DNA of 64,000 nt from Pseudohaliea sp. (GCF_040217025.1 NZ_JAVJOA010000001.1:104528-168527), one strand, 5' to 3'; positions 41,958 to 52,430 are shown, counted from the first letter of the stretch. The notes: generated from the letters alone by a model not told the origin. Made by a program: numbers and translations.

Positions 41958-42566
41958 ATGAGCGACACCGAGCTGGAAGTCTTCGATCGCGATGCGCTCA
42001 ACCGGGCGCGTCGCCGCGCCCTGCTCAACGAAGCCGGCAGGCAGTTCGCCGAGAAGGGCTTCCACGGCACATCGCTGGCCAGCATCGCCAGGGGCGTAAA
42101 ACTGACCAAGTCAGGACTGTTCCACTACGTGGACAACAAGGAGGAGTTACTTTTCGCCTGCTACCGCGATGCGCTGCGCTCCGCAGAGGAGTGCCTGGAG
42201 GCCGCGGAGGAAAAAGAAGGCGATGCTCCGGCAAAGCTCGCCCATTACCTTCGCAGTCACCTCACCCGTATCGGCAAACCCGGGGGCTACTTCACGATCC
42301 TGAGTGAACTGTACGTCCTCAATGCGGCGCAGCAACGGGAACTCCGCGCCACGGCGCGGCGCATCGACGCTCGCCTCCGCGCCATCATCGAAGCCGGCAT
42401 CGAGGAGGGAAGTATCGGCTACGATAATCCGCGCATGGCAGTGTACGCCATCGATGGAGCGCTCAACTGGCTACCCAAGTGGTATTCCACCGATGGGGCC
42501 GAGAGCATCGAGGAGATCGCCGAGGATTTCATCCGCTTCTTCCTCGACGGCCTTCGCAAGCGCTGA
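41958..42566 (+). CDS. TetR/AcrR-family transcriptional regulator
   Basis: HTH FAEKGFHGTSLASIARGVKLTKSGLFHYVDNKEELL. Start at the internal ATG (MSDTELEV). Confidence 0.88.
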   Translation: MSDTELEVFDRDALNRARRRALLNEAGRQFAEKGFHGTSLASIARGVKLTKSGLFHYVDNKEELLFACYRDALRSAEECLEAAEEKEGDAPAKLAHYLRSHLTRIGKPGGYFTILSELYVLNAAQQRELRATARRIDARLRAIIEAGIEEGSIGYDNPRMAVYAIDGALNWLPKWYSTDGAESIEEIAEDFIRFFLDGLRKR

Positions 42567-42569
42567 GGG

Positions 42570-44129
42570 TCAACAGATCTTCGGCCAGGACGCCATCAGC
42601 CGGCGACTGCGCTGGCCCTCTCCATGGCTGCCTCGCGCCAGGGCAAAGGCACGTGCCAGCTCCGAGCGGGTCTCCGCCGGGTCGATCACCTTGTCAATGA
42701 GATTCAGGGCGGCGGGCTCCCAGCATTCACTGCCCAGGGCGAGTTCGTCGCGGTAGCGGGCTGCCAATGCCTCCGGATCATCCGACGTCTCGAGCTGCCG
42801 GCCGTACATGACGTTCACCGCGACCTCCGGCGCCATGAAAGACACCTCAGCCGATGGCCAGGCGAGCAACTGGTCGCTGAGCATGTTGCCACCGGACATG
42901 GTGAAGTGCGCCATGCCGTAGGACTTGCGCAGGATCAGGCTCACCCGGGGCACCGTGCAGTGGTGAAGGGCCTCGATCAGTCGCATGATCTGGATCGGCA
43001 TCTTGTGCTCTTCAGCCTCGCGACAGAGCAGGAAGCCGGGCGTGTCATGAATGAAAAGCAGGGGGATGTGAAAGGAGTCGCAGAGCGTGAGGAAGCTCGT
43101 GGCCTTTTCGCAGGCGCCATGACCCATGGCGCCGGCCGTGACCTGCGGGTTGTTGGCCAGTACTCCGACCACCTGTCCATCGAGCCTGGCCAGCGCGGTG
43201 ATCAGGCTGCCATCGTACTCCGGCTTGAGTTCAAGCAGGCTGTCGGGGTCACAGAGCATCGCCAGGAACAGGCGCATGTCATAGCCCTGGCGGGCATCGG
43301 CCGGCACGAGTTCACAGAGCTGCTCACCGTCATGCAGCGCAGGGTCGGGGGCGGGTGCCGACGGCGGCAGCGCGCCGGCATGACTGGGCAGGTAGCTCAA
43401 CGCGCGACGGACTAGCGCAAGGCACTCGAGGTCGTCTTCCGCGAACAGGTCAACAGCGCCCGTCGTGCGCGCGTGCAGTTCCCAGCCCCCCAGTTCCTGG
43501 TCGCTGACCTGCTCGCCCGTGGCCACCGCGATGATCGAGGCACCACCCACGGCGTAGACCGTGCCGCGGACCTGGATAACGATGTCAGACGTCGCGGCAT
43601 TCCAGGAGGGCAGGCCGAAACACTCGCCCATGATCGCCGAGATCAGCGGCACGCGCCGATCGCGGGGCGCATGGTCGATGGGCCAGGCGGTACTCATGAG
43701 TCCCCGGGAGCCGAGGATGTCGGGCATGCGGGCACCGCCGGCGTCACCGAGGTTGATCAGTGGCAGCCCCTTCTCCACGGCGTAGGCTTTCGCCCGCCAG
43801 GCTTTCTTCATGCCAACAGAGCCTCCGGCGCCGGCGAGCACGGTCACGTCGTCGGCCGTCACGAACGCCTGCCGGCCGAGGATCGACGCGAAGCCGGCCA
43901 GCTTGCCGTCGGCAGGGGTCCGGCCCCGCATCTCCGGGCGTTCGCTGGCCGCGAGGAGACCGAACTCATCAAAGCTGCCGGGGTCGACCAGCGCATCAAC
44001 GCGCTCCCGAGCCGTGAGCCGGCCCTTGGCGTGCTGCCGGGCGATCCGCTCCGGCCCGCCCATGGCCAGCGCCTCCTCCCTGCGCGCAGCCAGTTTCTTC
44101 CGCCCCTTCGGATCACCACCTGTACTCAT
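42570..44129 (-). CDS. Acyl-CoA carboxylase carboxyltransferase (beta) subunit
   Basis: Carboxyl-transferase domain: QHAKGRLTARERVDALVDPGSFDEF and GGARMP. The size matches PccB/MccB-type subunits. Confidence 0.85.
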   Translation of the reverse strand: MSTGGDPKGRKKLAARREEALAMGGPERIARQHAKGRLTARERVDALVDPGSFDEFGLLAASERPEMRGRTPADGKLAGFASILGRQAFVTADDVTVLAGAGGSVGMKKAWRAKAYAVEKGLPLINLGDAGGARMPDILGSRGLMSTAWPIDHAPRDRRVPLISAIMGECFGLPSWNAATSDIVIQVRGTVYAVGGASIIAVATGEQVSDQELGGWELHARTTGAVDLFAEDDLECLALVRRALSYLPSHAGALPPSAPAPDPALHDGEQLCELVPADARQGYDMRLFLAMLCDPDSLLELKPEYDGSLITALARLDGQVVGVLANNPQVTAGAMGHGACEKATSFLTLCDSFHIPLLFIHDTPGFLLCREAEEHKMPIQIMRLIEALHHCTVPRVSLILRKSYGMAHFTMSGGNMLSDQLLAWPSAEVSFMAPEVAVNVMYGRQLETSDDPEALAARYRDELALGSECWEPAALNLIDKVIDPAETRSELARAFALARGSHGEGQRSRRLMASWPKIC

Positions 44130-46096
44130 TGCCCGGCAGACTCCATGCGAACCAGCAGCTGTCCCTTGCTGACACTATCGCCAACGGCAACCGCGACTCT
44201 ACTGACTCTGGACGCCTCCGCTGCGCACACGGCATGCTCCATTTTCATGGACTCGAGCACGCAGAGGCAGTCGCCCAGCGCTACGGAACGCCCCTCACTC
44301 GCCGGTACCGCAATGACCCGTCCGGGCATGGGTGCGAGGTAGGCGCCGGGCTCGGTGCCAGCCATGGCGCCTGCGCCCCCCGCCGCTCCCCTGGCGACAA
44401 GGACAGCGTCGCCCTCGGCGAAGAAGTGATACTCACCGCCCGCCTCCGCAAAATGCCAGCGGCGGGCCTGACCCTCGATGTCGATGAGGAGGGGACCATC
44501 GCCACTACCCTCCAGCAGGGAGACATCCAGGCCGACCCCGTCCATTTCCACCCGGGCGCTGCGGTCACCCCGATGCAGCACCCGAAGCACCAGGTCACGC
44601 AAGGCACCCGGGCGACGGTAGCCGTAGCACGCATCCTTCATGCCCAGGGACCGCCGCCGCTCTGACTCCCTGAGCCACTGCCACAACGCCAGCGCCGGCA
44701 GAGCGGCAACCCATTCCGCTTCGCCCGGCCGACACGCGAGCGCCGGGCGGGCTTCGAGATAGGCTGTCGTCGTGCGTGCAGCCTGAAAGTCACCGTCACG
44801 CAGCACGGAAAGCAGCAGCTCCCGGTTGGTTGCTACGCCGAGGACTACCGATCGCGCCAGGGACCAGCGGAGCAGGCGGCATGCTTCGGCGCGGGTATCG
44901 GCCGCTGCGACGAACTTCGCCAGCATCGGATCGTAGCGCGAGGATATCTCCATACCCTCGGTCACGCTGCTCATGACCTCGCCGCCGCGGGCGGCGACGG
45001 GCACCCAGCGCGCCAGGCAGCCGGCAGCGGGAAGGAAGCCCTCTGCGGGGTCCTCGGCGTAAAGGCGGGCCTCGATGGCGTGGCCCTGCAGCTCAAGATC
45101 ATCGAGTAGCGCGCCCAGGGCCGCTCCCTCGGCCAGCCGCAACTGCCAGTCCACGAGGTCCAGCCCGGTTACCTTCTCGGTCACCGCGTGCTCCACCTGC
45201 AGGCGCGTGTTCATCTCCAGGAAGTAGTGGGTCCCGGTACCTGGCTGAACAATGAATTCCACCGTACCGAGACCGCAGTAGCCCACGGCCGATGCAATCT
45301 GCACGGCCGCGTCGCACAAGCGCGCGCGCTGCTCGGAGGAGAGATTGGGCGAGGGGGCCTCCTCGATCACTTTCTGCCGGCGCCGCTGCACCGAGCATTC
45401 GCGATCGAACGCATGGGCAACGGTGCCGTAGCGATCCCCGAGCACCTGCACTTCAACGTGGTGCACGTTCTCGACAAAACGCTCGAGGAGTACGCGCGGA
45501 TCACCGAACGCTGCCTCGGCCTCGCGGCGAACGGCAGACAGCGCATCAGGAAAGGCCGCTGGGTCCACCACCACCCGCATACCCATGCCGCCACCGCCGG
45601 CAACTGCCTTGACCAGCAAGGGAAAGCCGACACGATCAGCCGCCCGCCGCAGGTAGTCGTCACCCTGCTCCACCGGGTTTTCTCCCGGGATGACGGGCAG
45701 ACCGATGCTGGCCACCAGCGCCCGCGCGGCCTGCTTGTCCGCCATGGTCTCGATCGTGCCGGGGTCGGGGCCGATGAAGCGAAGGCCCGCCTCGCCGACG
45801 GCGCGTGCAAAGGCTGTACTCTCGGCCAGGAACCCGTACCCGGGGTGTACGGCATCGGCGCCGGACGCCAGGGCGACCGCGAGCAAGCGATCGATAGCGA
45901 GGTACGTCTCGCTCGCCTTGCTGCCGGCCAGCCGGAAGGCCTGATCCCCCGCCAGTCGATGCGGGCTGCCGGCGTCGGCGTCGGAGTAGACCACGACCGT
46001 ATCGATACCGCGGCGACGGCAGGCCTCTGCAATACGGATAGCAACCTCGCCCCGGTTGGCGATGAGAATGCGGCGCAGGGGGGCCGGCACGTTCAT
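44126..46096 (-). CDS. Acyl-CoA carboxylase biotin carboxylase/biotin-carrier (alpha) subunit
   Basis: ILIANRGEVAIRI, an ATP-grasp core and the C-terminal biotinyl motif LESMKME. Overlaps both neighbours by 4 nt. Confidence 0.92.
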   Translation of the reverse strand: MNVPAPLRRILIANRGEVAIRIAEACRRRGIDTVVVYSDADAGSPHRLAGDQAFRLAGSKASETYLAIDRLLAVALASGADAVHPGYGFLAESTAFARAVGEAGLRFIGPDPGTIETMADKQAARALVASIGLPVIPGENPVEQGDDYLRRAADRVGFPLLVKAVAGGGGMGMRVVVDPAAFPDALSAVRREAEAAFGDPRVLLERFVENVHHVEVQVLGDRYGTVAHAFDRECSVQRRRQKVIEEAPSPNLSSEQRARLCDAAVQIASAVGYCGLGTVEFIVQPGTGTHYFLEMNTRLQVEHAVTEKVTGLDLVDWQLRLAEGAALGALLDDLELQGHAIEARLYAEDPAEGFLPAAGCLARWVPVAARGGEVMSSVTEGMEISSRYDPMLAKFVAAADTRAEACRLLRWSLARSVVLGVATNRELLLSVLRDGDFQAARTTTAYLEARPALACRPGEAEWVAALPALALWQWLRESERRRSLGMKDACYGYRRPGALRDLVLRVLHRGDRSARVEMDGVGLDVSLLEGSGDGPLLIDIEGQARRWHFAEAGGEYHFFAEGDAVLVARGAAGGAGAMAGTEPGAYLAPMPGRVIAVPASEGRSVALGDCLCVLESMKMEHAVCAAEASRVSRVAVAVGDSVSKGQLLVRMESAGQ

Positions 46097-47931
46097 CTGC
46101 CGAGCCCCGCCTCGGGCGTACTAGCAGCGCCAGCGAAGGCCCCGTCCCCGGACCTCAGAAAGGGATCGGTCACGGCGACAAGTGGCCCTGCGCCCGAGCC
46201 GACCATTTGTCGCAGGCCTGCCACGCGCGGAAAAATCCGCGAGAAATAAAAGACTGCGGTGAGCAGCTTGCTTTCGTGGAGGTCATCGGCCTGTGCTGTC
46301 GCTAGAGCATCCGCGGCCGCCTCCGCTGCACGTAGCCAGGCATGTCCAAGAAGCAGGTAGCCGGAATACATGAGGTAATCCGTTGCTGCCGCGGGAACAG
46401 CGAACGGGTCCCGCCCGGCATCGGCGACCAGGGCCTCCGTCAGGGCGACCCATTGCGTGCACTCAGCCTTCAGCGCCTGCGCGTGGGTGGCGATGTGGCC
46501 GTGGCGTGCCGCCCTGTCGCAGCTGGCGGCAATGGTCTCGGCCTCGCGCTTCACGGCCCGGCCATCATCGCGCACCACCTTGCGACCGAGCAGGTCCAGC
46601 GCCTGAATGCCGGTGGTACCTTCGTAGATGGTCGCGATGCGCGCATCGCGGAGATTCTGTTCAAGACCCCACTCGCGGATATAGCCGTGACCACCCAGGC
46701 ATTGCAGCGCCAGGCCGGCCGCCTCGACACCGAGCTCGGTCAGGAATCCCTTGATGATGGGGGTAAGGAAGGCCAGCCGCTCCCGCGCCGCCGAACGGGA
46801 TGTCTCGCTGTCTCCATGATCGGCCGTGTCGAGAAGGCAGGCGGCCTCCAGCACCAGCAGGCGCCCGCCCTCGGCGATCGCCCGCTGCTGCAGCAGCATC
46901 CGGCGAACATCGGGGTGCAGGACGATGGGGGCGGGACCGTCGCCACCGCCGGGGGCGCGCATGGCTCGGCGGTCCTTCGCATAGGCCAGCGCGTTCTGGT
47001 AGCCCAGCTCCGCATGCACCACACCCTGCTGACCGGCACCGATTCGCGCCGCGTTCATGAAGACGAACATGCACTGGAGGCCGCGGTGCGGCTCCCCCAG
47101 CAGCTCGGCCTGCGCAGCGTCGAAATGCAGTGTGCAGGTGGCCGACCCCTTGAGGCCCATCTTGTCCTCGAGGCCGCCGCAGCGCACCGCGTTGCGAGAA
47201 ACCGGGCGGCCCGTGTCATCCGGAATAAACTTGGGCACGAGGAAGAGAGAAAGGCCGGCCGTGCCCGCTGGCGCGTCGGGCAGACGGGCGAGAACGATAT
47301 GCACGATGTTCTCGGCGAGATCGTGTTCGCCCGCGGTAATGAAGATCTTGCTGCCCGTGAGCGTATAGCGCCCGTCTTCGGCCGGTTCCGCGCGCATGCG
47401 CACCTGGGCGAGATCCGAACCGCACTGCGGCTCGGTCAGACACATGGTGGCGGTCCAGCGCCCACTCACCAGCGGCGGCAGATAGCGCGCCTGCTGCGAC
47501 CGCGTGCCGTGGGCTTCAAGCGTGTCCATGGCACCGGGGGCAAGGCCCGGGTACATGCTCCAGGACCAGTTCGCCGTCGCAAACAGCTCGGTCACCGCTA
47601 CTCCGAGGGACGCGGGCAGGCCCGAGCCGCCCCACTCCGCGGGCCGGGACAGACCGGCCCAGCCGCCGTCGCACCAGGCCGCATAGGCCTCGCGAAAGCC
47701 CGCGGGCGTCTGCACGTTGCCTTCGACAAACCGGCAACCCTCCGCGTCTGCCGACTGGTAGAGCGGGACCAGGGCCTGCTCGGCAAACGCCGCCGCGGCC
47801 TCGAAGATGGCCCGGGCCTGTTCCCGGTCCAGGGGCGCGCGCCCCTGTAAGGAGTCCAGGTGATGCTCATAGCCGAGCACCTCGTAGAGCAGAAACTCGA
47901 AGTCGCGCAGCGGGCAGTCGTAGTGAATCAT
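46093..47931 (-). CDS. Long-form (about 610 aa) acyl-CoA dehydrogenase
   Basis: MIHYDCPLRDFEFLLYEVLG N-terminus, MCLTEPQCGSD and GGHGYIREWGLEQNLRDARI. Start at the internal ATG 47931, leaving 85 nt to the upstream gene. Confidence 0.88.
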   Translation of the reverse strand: MIHYDCPLRDFEFLLYEVLGYEHHLDSLQGRAPLDREQARAIFEAAAAFAEQALVPLYQSADAEGCRFVEGNVQTPAGFREAYAAWCDGGWAGLSRPAEWGGSGLPASLGVAVTELFATANWSWSMYPGLAPGAMDTLEAHGTRSQQARYLPPLVSGRWTATMCLTEPQCGSDLAQVRMRAEPAEDGRYTLTGSKIFITAGEHDLAENIVHIVLARLPDAPAGTAGLSLFLVPKFIPDDTGRPVSRNAVRCGGLEDKMGLKGSATCTLHFDAAQAELLGEPHRGLQCMFVFMNAARIGAGQQGVVHAELGYQNALAYAKDRRAMRAPGGGDGPAPIVLHPDVRRMLLQQRAIAEGGRLLVLEAACLLDTADHGDSETSRSAARERLAFLTPIIKGFLTELGVEAAGLALQCLGGHGYIREWGLEQNLRDARIATIYEGTTGIQALDLLGRKVVRDDGRAVKREAETIAASCDRAARHGHIATHAQALKAECTQWVALTEALVADAGRDPFAVPAAATDYLMYSGYLLLGHAWLRAAEAAADALATAQADDLHESKLLTAVFYFSRIFPRVAGLRQMVGSGAGPLVAVTDPFLRSGDGAFAGAASTPEAGLGR

Positions 47932-48016
47932 GGAGAAGGGCTCGCAGCAGGCTAAAACAGCCAAGGGCCTGGGCGGAAAAAAAGAGGGCGCCGGAACGCC
48001 CTCACAGGGGTACTGC

Positions 48017-50230
48017 TCAGAACCGGTATTGCAGCTCGACACCGACGGTGCGGGGCGGCCCGAGCACGCTGAAGTACTGGCTCACGAAGGGGTTCGTGAA
48101 GAGATCGAAAGTGCTGACGAGATAGGTTTCGTCGGACAGGTTGTAGCCCCACAGCGCGGCATACCAGTTCTCCGCATTGAGCGTTATCCGCGCGTTGTAG
48201 AGGCTGTAGCCCGGCTGCTCGTTGAAGGGGTCGATCGAGGAGGGCCGGGCGTCGAGGTACATGTCGCCCTGCCGGCGCCACTCGCCGCGAAGTACCAGTT
48301 CAAGGTCTGCCGGTAACGGTATGGCGTACTCCACGTCCGCGGACGCAGTGTAGTCAGGCACGCGGGTAAAGTGATCCAGGGGGATGCCCTGACCCACACC
48401 CGTCGGCAGCTCGCCATCATCGTAGCCGGCGTCCAGGTAGTTGCCCATGAGGTTCACGGTCAGGCGGTCGGACAGCAGGGCCTTCACCTCGATCTCGACG
48501 CCGTTCGAATGGGCTTCACCCGCGTTGTCGATCCGCGGGTCGAAGGACTGCGGTGTCGTCGGGTCATCGGCGCGGATGTGAATGTCCTCCCACTGCATCG
48601 CATACAGCGACGCATTGACCAGCAGCCGCTGGTCGAACCAGGTGGATTTCAGACCGAGCTCGTAGTTGTCGAGGAATTCCGGGTCGAAGCCTTCCGCCTG
48701 CTGAGAAGGTACGCCGGAATCGACGTTGTAGCCCCCGCTCTTGAAGCCGCGGCTGTAGGTGGCATAGAGCATCACGTCATCGGAGTGATGGTAGCGGAGC
48801 GTGACCGTCGGCGTTGTCTCGTCCCAGGAGTCGCTGGCTTCCGCAGACCCGGTACCACCCAGGATCGGCGCGCCGAAGATGGCCTCGAGGTCGTTCTGTA
48901 CCCAAAAGAAGTCCTTCTCCTCCCAGGTATGGCGTGCACCGACGGTGAGCTCGAACTGCTCGTTGAAGCGGTAGTCGACGCTGGCAAAGACCGCGTAGGT
49001 TTTCGCCGTATGGTCGCCCCGGGAACCCCCTTCCACCTCGCCCAGGAACCCGGCACCCAGCAGGGTGAGCAGGTCGTTCTGGATGAGGATGCCGCCGTCA
49101 TTCACCGAGTCGAGCTCTGAGTAGTAGACGCCTGCCAGCCACTGCAGCGGTGCATCGGTCTGCGAGGCGATGCGCAGCTCGCTGGTGAACAGGTCAAGTT
49201 CCTCCGGGTCGAAGTTGCGTCCGATGCCGAACGGCAGCAGGTCCGACTCACCGTCGACGAAGTACTTGTAGGTCCGGTAACCACCGATACCCACGACCTC
49301 GTAACCGTCGCCACTGTAGACGCCGCGGAGGGAAACGCCGTACGCATCCTCGAGGGTCTCTTCACCGGCAAAGTCACCGAAGGTGACCCGGTCTTCCGGG
49401 TCCCGGTTGACCAGCAGGCCGAGGGAGCCGAGCAGGGAGTTGTCGTCGTTCGCGAGCGTTTCGAAGGTCTGCGCCTTCTGGTCTGCCTCGCGGACATCCG
49501 CACTCAACAGGAACTCGAGGCGGTCGGTCGGCGTGAACAGTAGCGAGCCGCGAAGGCCCCACTGGTTGCGATCGTTGGTGTCGGTATTGAGAAACGCGTT
49601 GTCCAGGTAGCCTTCGCGCTCGTGGTAAAGACCGGTGATCAAGCCGCTCAGCTTTCCGGGGACCAGCGGACCCGAGACGGTACCGAAGTAGCGCTGCATG
49701 TTGTAGTTGCCAAGCTGCGCGGTGAACTTGCCGGTCAGTTCGTCCGTAGGCCGCTTCGACGTGATGTTGATTACACCGCCGATGGTATTGCGTCCGTACA
49801 ATGTGCCCTGGGGCCCACGCAGCACCTCGATCCGCTCCGCGTCGTAAAGGTCGATGACACTTCCCACGGTGTTGCCGAGGTACACTTCGTCGATGTAGTA
49901 GCCTACCGAGGGGTCCGCCCCGGCCGAGCCGGACACAGGCGCGATGCCGCGGATCGTCGTCGACGACGACTTCATGCGCTCGCCTTCGCGAAAATACAGG
50001 CCCGGGGTCGCCCGAGCGACACGGTCCATGGTTATCGCGCCGAGTTTCTCGAGGTCATCCTCCGACCAGGCCGTGACGGCGATGGCGACATCCTGCAGGC
50101 TCTCTTCGCGGCGCTGGGCGGTCACGATCACCTCCTCGATGCGAAGGCTCGTTTCCTGCGCTTTCAGCACGCTGCCATAACCCCCTGAAACGGCCGCAAC
50201 GATCGCACCGACTAGTACCTGTCTGTTCAT
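48017..50230 (-). CDS. TonB-dependent outer-membrane receptor
   Basis: Signal peptide, the plug motif IEEVIVTAQRREESLQDV and a C-terminal beta-barrel ending GVELQYRF. Confidence 0.93.
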   Translation of the reverse strand: MNRQVLVGAIVAAVSGGYGSVLKAQETSLRIEEVIVTAQRREESLQDVAIAVTAWSEDDLEKLGAITMDRVARATPGLYFREGERMKSSSTTIRGIAPVSGSAGADPSVGYYIDEVYLGNTVGSVIDLYDAERIEVLRGPQGTLYGRNTIGGVINITSKRPTDELTGKFTAQLGNYNMQRYFGTVSGPLVPGKLSGLITGLYHEREGYLDNAFLNTDTNDRNQWGLRGSLLFTPTDRLEFLLSADVREADQKAQTFETLANDDNSLLGSLGLLVNRDPEDRVTFGDFAGEETLEDAYGVSLRGVYSGDGYEVVGIGGYRTYKYFVDGESDLLPFGIGRNFDPEELDLFTSELRIASQTDAPLQWLAGVYYSELDSVNDGGILIQNDLLTLLGAGFLGEVEGGSRGDHTAKTYAVFASVDYRFNEQFELTVGARHTWEEKDFFWVQNDLEAIFGAPILGGTGSAEASDSWDETTPTVTLRYHHSDDVMLYATYSRGFKSGGYNVDSGVPSQQAEGFDPEFLDNYELGLKSTWFDQRLLVNASLYAMQWEDIHIRADDPTTPQSFDPRIDNAGEAHSNGVEIEVKALLSDRLTVNLMGNYLDAGYDDGELPTGVGQGIPLDHFTRVPDYTASADVEYAIPLPADLELVLRGEWRRQGDMYLDARPSSIDPFNEQPGYSLYNARITLNAENWYAALWGYNLSDETYLVSTFDLFTNPFVSQYFSVLGPPRTVGVELQYRF

Positions 50231-50312
50231 TCCCTCAACTCCCCCTGGAGCGGACGCCATGCGCCCATCTGAATGGTTTTTTTACCAACCGCATGGTCTT
50301 TTTGGCAGACGA

Positions 50313-50327
50313 TTGACACTGTGTCAA
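50313..50327. promoter_or_regulatory. Palindrome TTGACA-ctg-TGTCAA upstream of the TonB-receptor gene (candidate operator overlapping a -35-like hexamer)
   Basis: Read directly, 83 nt upstream of the receptor ATG, in an AT-rich intergenic patch. Confidence 0.4.
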
Positions 50328-50342
50328 GTTTTATTCATTAAG

Positions 50343-51659
50343 TCAGAGGCTTTGCTGAGGGCTGCCGCGGCGAACCGACAAAGCATGGACGAGCCCGCCA
50401 AGTCCCAGGAATGCCCCGGCCAACGCGGCCTGGCGAGGGCTCCCCGCCACCACGAGCAGCGCAATTGCCGCAGAAGCAACGACAAGCAGCCCGGCAGATG
50501 CGCGAAGCGCGACGGAAGGCAGGACAAAGCCGGCGGTTGCGAGCCTGTGCGGATCCCGCCGGGGCAGCTGCCACAGGGCGAGACCGAGGAGCACCTGCGC
50601 AAAGAGAATACCGAGCACGGCCTGGGTCGCGAGCGCCGTGATATCCCCGCTGCTCATCACGGCGACGAGGGCCAGGAGCGTCATCGGGACAACGCCGGCG
50701 GTACGGTCCGGCAGGCTTCGCGCGTGCAACAGGAGTTTCCGGGGGAGCAGGCCGCGCTCAGCCAGGGCATGCAGGTCGCGGGAGTAGGCGAGAAGGATTC
50801 CATTGATCGAACTCGCGCCGGCCGCCACCGCGGTAAGCGCAAGCGGCAGCATCAGCGCTTCCGGGAGCACGCGACGGGCAGCCGTGACCACCGGCGCAGG
50901 ATCGCCCCCCAGCGCTTCCCAGGGGACCAGCCCTACCAGCGTCAACGCAACCGCCAGGTAGGTGACGACGACCAGGACAAAGCTGATCGCCATGGCTCGC
51001 GGGATGGTCTGCGCCGGGCTTTCAATCTCACCCGCGAGTTCAATGATCACGAAGAAGCCGGCATAGGAAAAATAGGCGGGGACGATGGCGGCAAAAACCG
51101 GACCGGCTCCGCGTGGCAAGAACGGGCTGAGAAGGTCACCGTCCACGGCCGGGAGCCCCGCACCCACGAACAGGAACAGCGCAGCGAGGAATGCGACCAC
51201 CAGTACCAGCTGCAGGCCGGCGCCCGCCCGCGCGCCACACAGATTGACCGCGCCGGACACCAGCACGGCGCCGACCGCCACACCGCGCACCTCGACCGTG
51301 AGAACGTTGCCGAGGTAGTTCGCGAGCCCGAGCGCCAGCAGCCCGACGCCGATGGCGCTGGCCCCCACGATCATCCAGACGAGCAGGAAACCCCAGCGCA
51401 CGCCCAGCAGCTGCGACACAGCAACGAAACTGGCGGCGTCGGTCTGGTAGGCACAGCCGAGCTGCGCGCCGACCACACCGGCCAGCAGACCAAGCAGGGA
51501 AGCCGCCGCGTAGCTCACCACCACCCCGGGACCGGTACTGCCGGCCAGGGAACCGGGCAGGACGAACACCGATACGCCGATGACAAAGCCGACGATAATC
51601 GCCGTGGCACCGACGACCCCCACGGTGCGTGCAACTTCGCTTTGACCGGATTCAGCCAC
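50343..51659 (-). CDS. APC-superfamily amino acid/polyamine permease
   Basis: 12 TM segments. The N-terminal GATAIIVGFVIGVSVFVLPG is typical of APC permeases. Confidence 0.85.
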   Translation of the reverse strand: MAESGQSEVARTVGVVGATAIIVGFVIGVSVFVLPGSLAGSTGPGVVVSYAAASLLGLLAGVVGAQLGCAYQTDAASFVAVSQLLGVRWGFLLVWMIVGASAIGVGLLALGLANYLGNVLTVEVRGVAVGAVLVSGAVNLCGARAGAGLQLVLVVAFLAALFLFVGAGLPAVDGDLLSPFLPRGAGPVFAAIVPAYFSYAGFFVIIELAGEIESPAQTIPRAMAISFVLVVVTYLAVALTLVGLVPWEALGGDPAPVVTAARRVLPEALMLPLALTAVAAGASSINGILLAYSRDLHALAERGLLPRKLLLHARSLPDRTAGVVPMTLLALVAVMSSGDITALATQAVLGILFAQVLLGLALWQLPRRDPHRLATAGFVLPSVALRASAGLLVVASAAIALLVVAGSPRQAALAGAFLGLGGLVHALSVRRGSPQQSL

Positions 51660-51676
51660 GGGCCGGCGTCGGCATG

Positions 51677-52414
51677 CTAGACGGCCTGCTGGCAGATCGC
51701 GGCGACGAGGGCATCCGCTTCCAGGTCCAGCGTCTCCTCGAGTGACAGCGTCGAGGACTCGCGCAGCGCGCGTTTCCAGCGGGCGACAGCGCTGGCGGGC
51801 AGCTCGAGCAGTTGCTCCGCAATGCCGAGGGCAGCCTCGAGTACCTGCTCATCGGGGACGACCCGGTTGGCCAGGCCCAGGCCCTGCAGCGTGTCCGCGT
51901 CGTACTTCTCGCCGAGCAGGAACATCTCCCGAGCGCGCGCCAGCCCCACGATACGCGGCAGCAGGGAGAGTACGCCACCCGTGGGGAAGAGACCGAGACC
52001 GAGCTCCGGGAAGAACGCCCGCGCTTCCTGGCCCCAGACCGTCAGGTCGCAGTTGAGCGCCCATTCGAAGCCAGCGCCGACAGCCCAGCCGTGGATGGCA
52101 CCGACCACCGGCTTGTCGCCCAGCAGAAGCTTGCGGGAGATGGCCTGCAGGGCCTCGGCATGGGCCTGCACGTCTGCCCGGGCAATGCCGCCGGCAGCCT
52201 GAGCGTCGCTCGCCTCCAGGTCATTCCCTGCACAGAATGCCCTGCCCTCCCCCCGCAGCAGGATGACCCGGTCGTCGGGGCACTCCAGCGCCGCCGCAAG
52301 CGCGTCATTCAAAGCGGAAATCAACGCGGCGTCGATCGCGTTGAGCTTGTCGGGACGGTTCAGTGACAGGATGCAGATGCCGTCGCGATGTTCGCGCGTG
52401 ACTGGCTGGTTCAA
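51677..52414 (-). CDS. Enoyl-CoA hydratase/isomerase (crotonase) family protein
   Basis: TTG start with GAGGAG 7 nt upstream. ILSLNRPDKLNAID, FCAGNDL and GAIHGWAVGAGFEWAL (oxyanion hole). Confidence 0.85.
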   Translation of the reverse strand: MNQPVTREHRDGICILSLNRPDKLNAIDAALISALNDALAAALECPDDRVILLRGEGRAFCAGNDLEASDAQAAGGIARADVQAHAEALQAISRKLLLGDKPVVGAIHGWAVGAGFEWALNCDLTVWGQEARAFFPELGLGLFPTGGVLSLLPRIVGLARAREMFLLGEKYDADTLQGLGLANRVVPDEQVLEAALGIAEQLLELPASAVARWKRALRESSTLSLEETLDLEADALVAAICQQAV

Positions 52415-52430
52415 GCGTGTACTCCTCTGT

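Noticed and set aside
46342-51680. 502-aa (+, 46342-47850) and 473-aa (+, 50259-51680) ORFs
   Set aside because: They are antisense to the long acyl-CoA dehydrogenase and the APC permease. The translations are Arg/Gly/Gln/His-rich and not credible.
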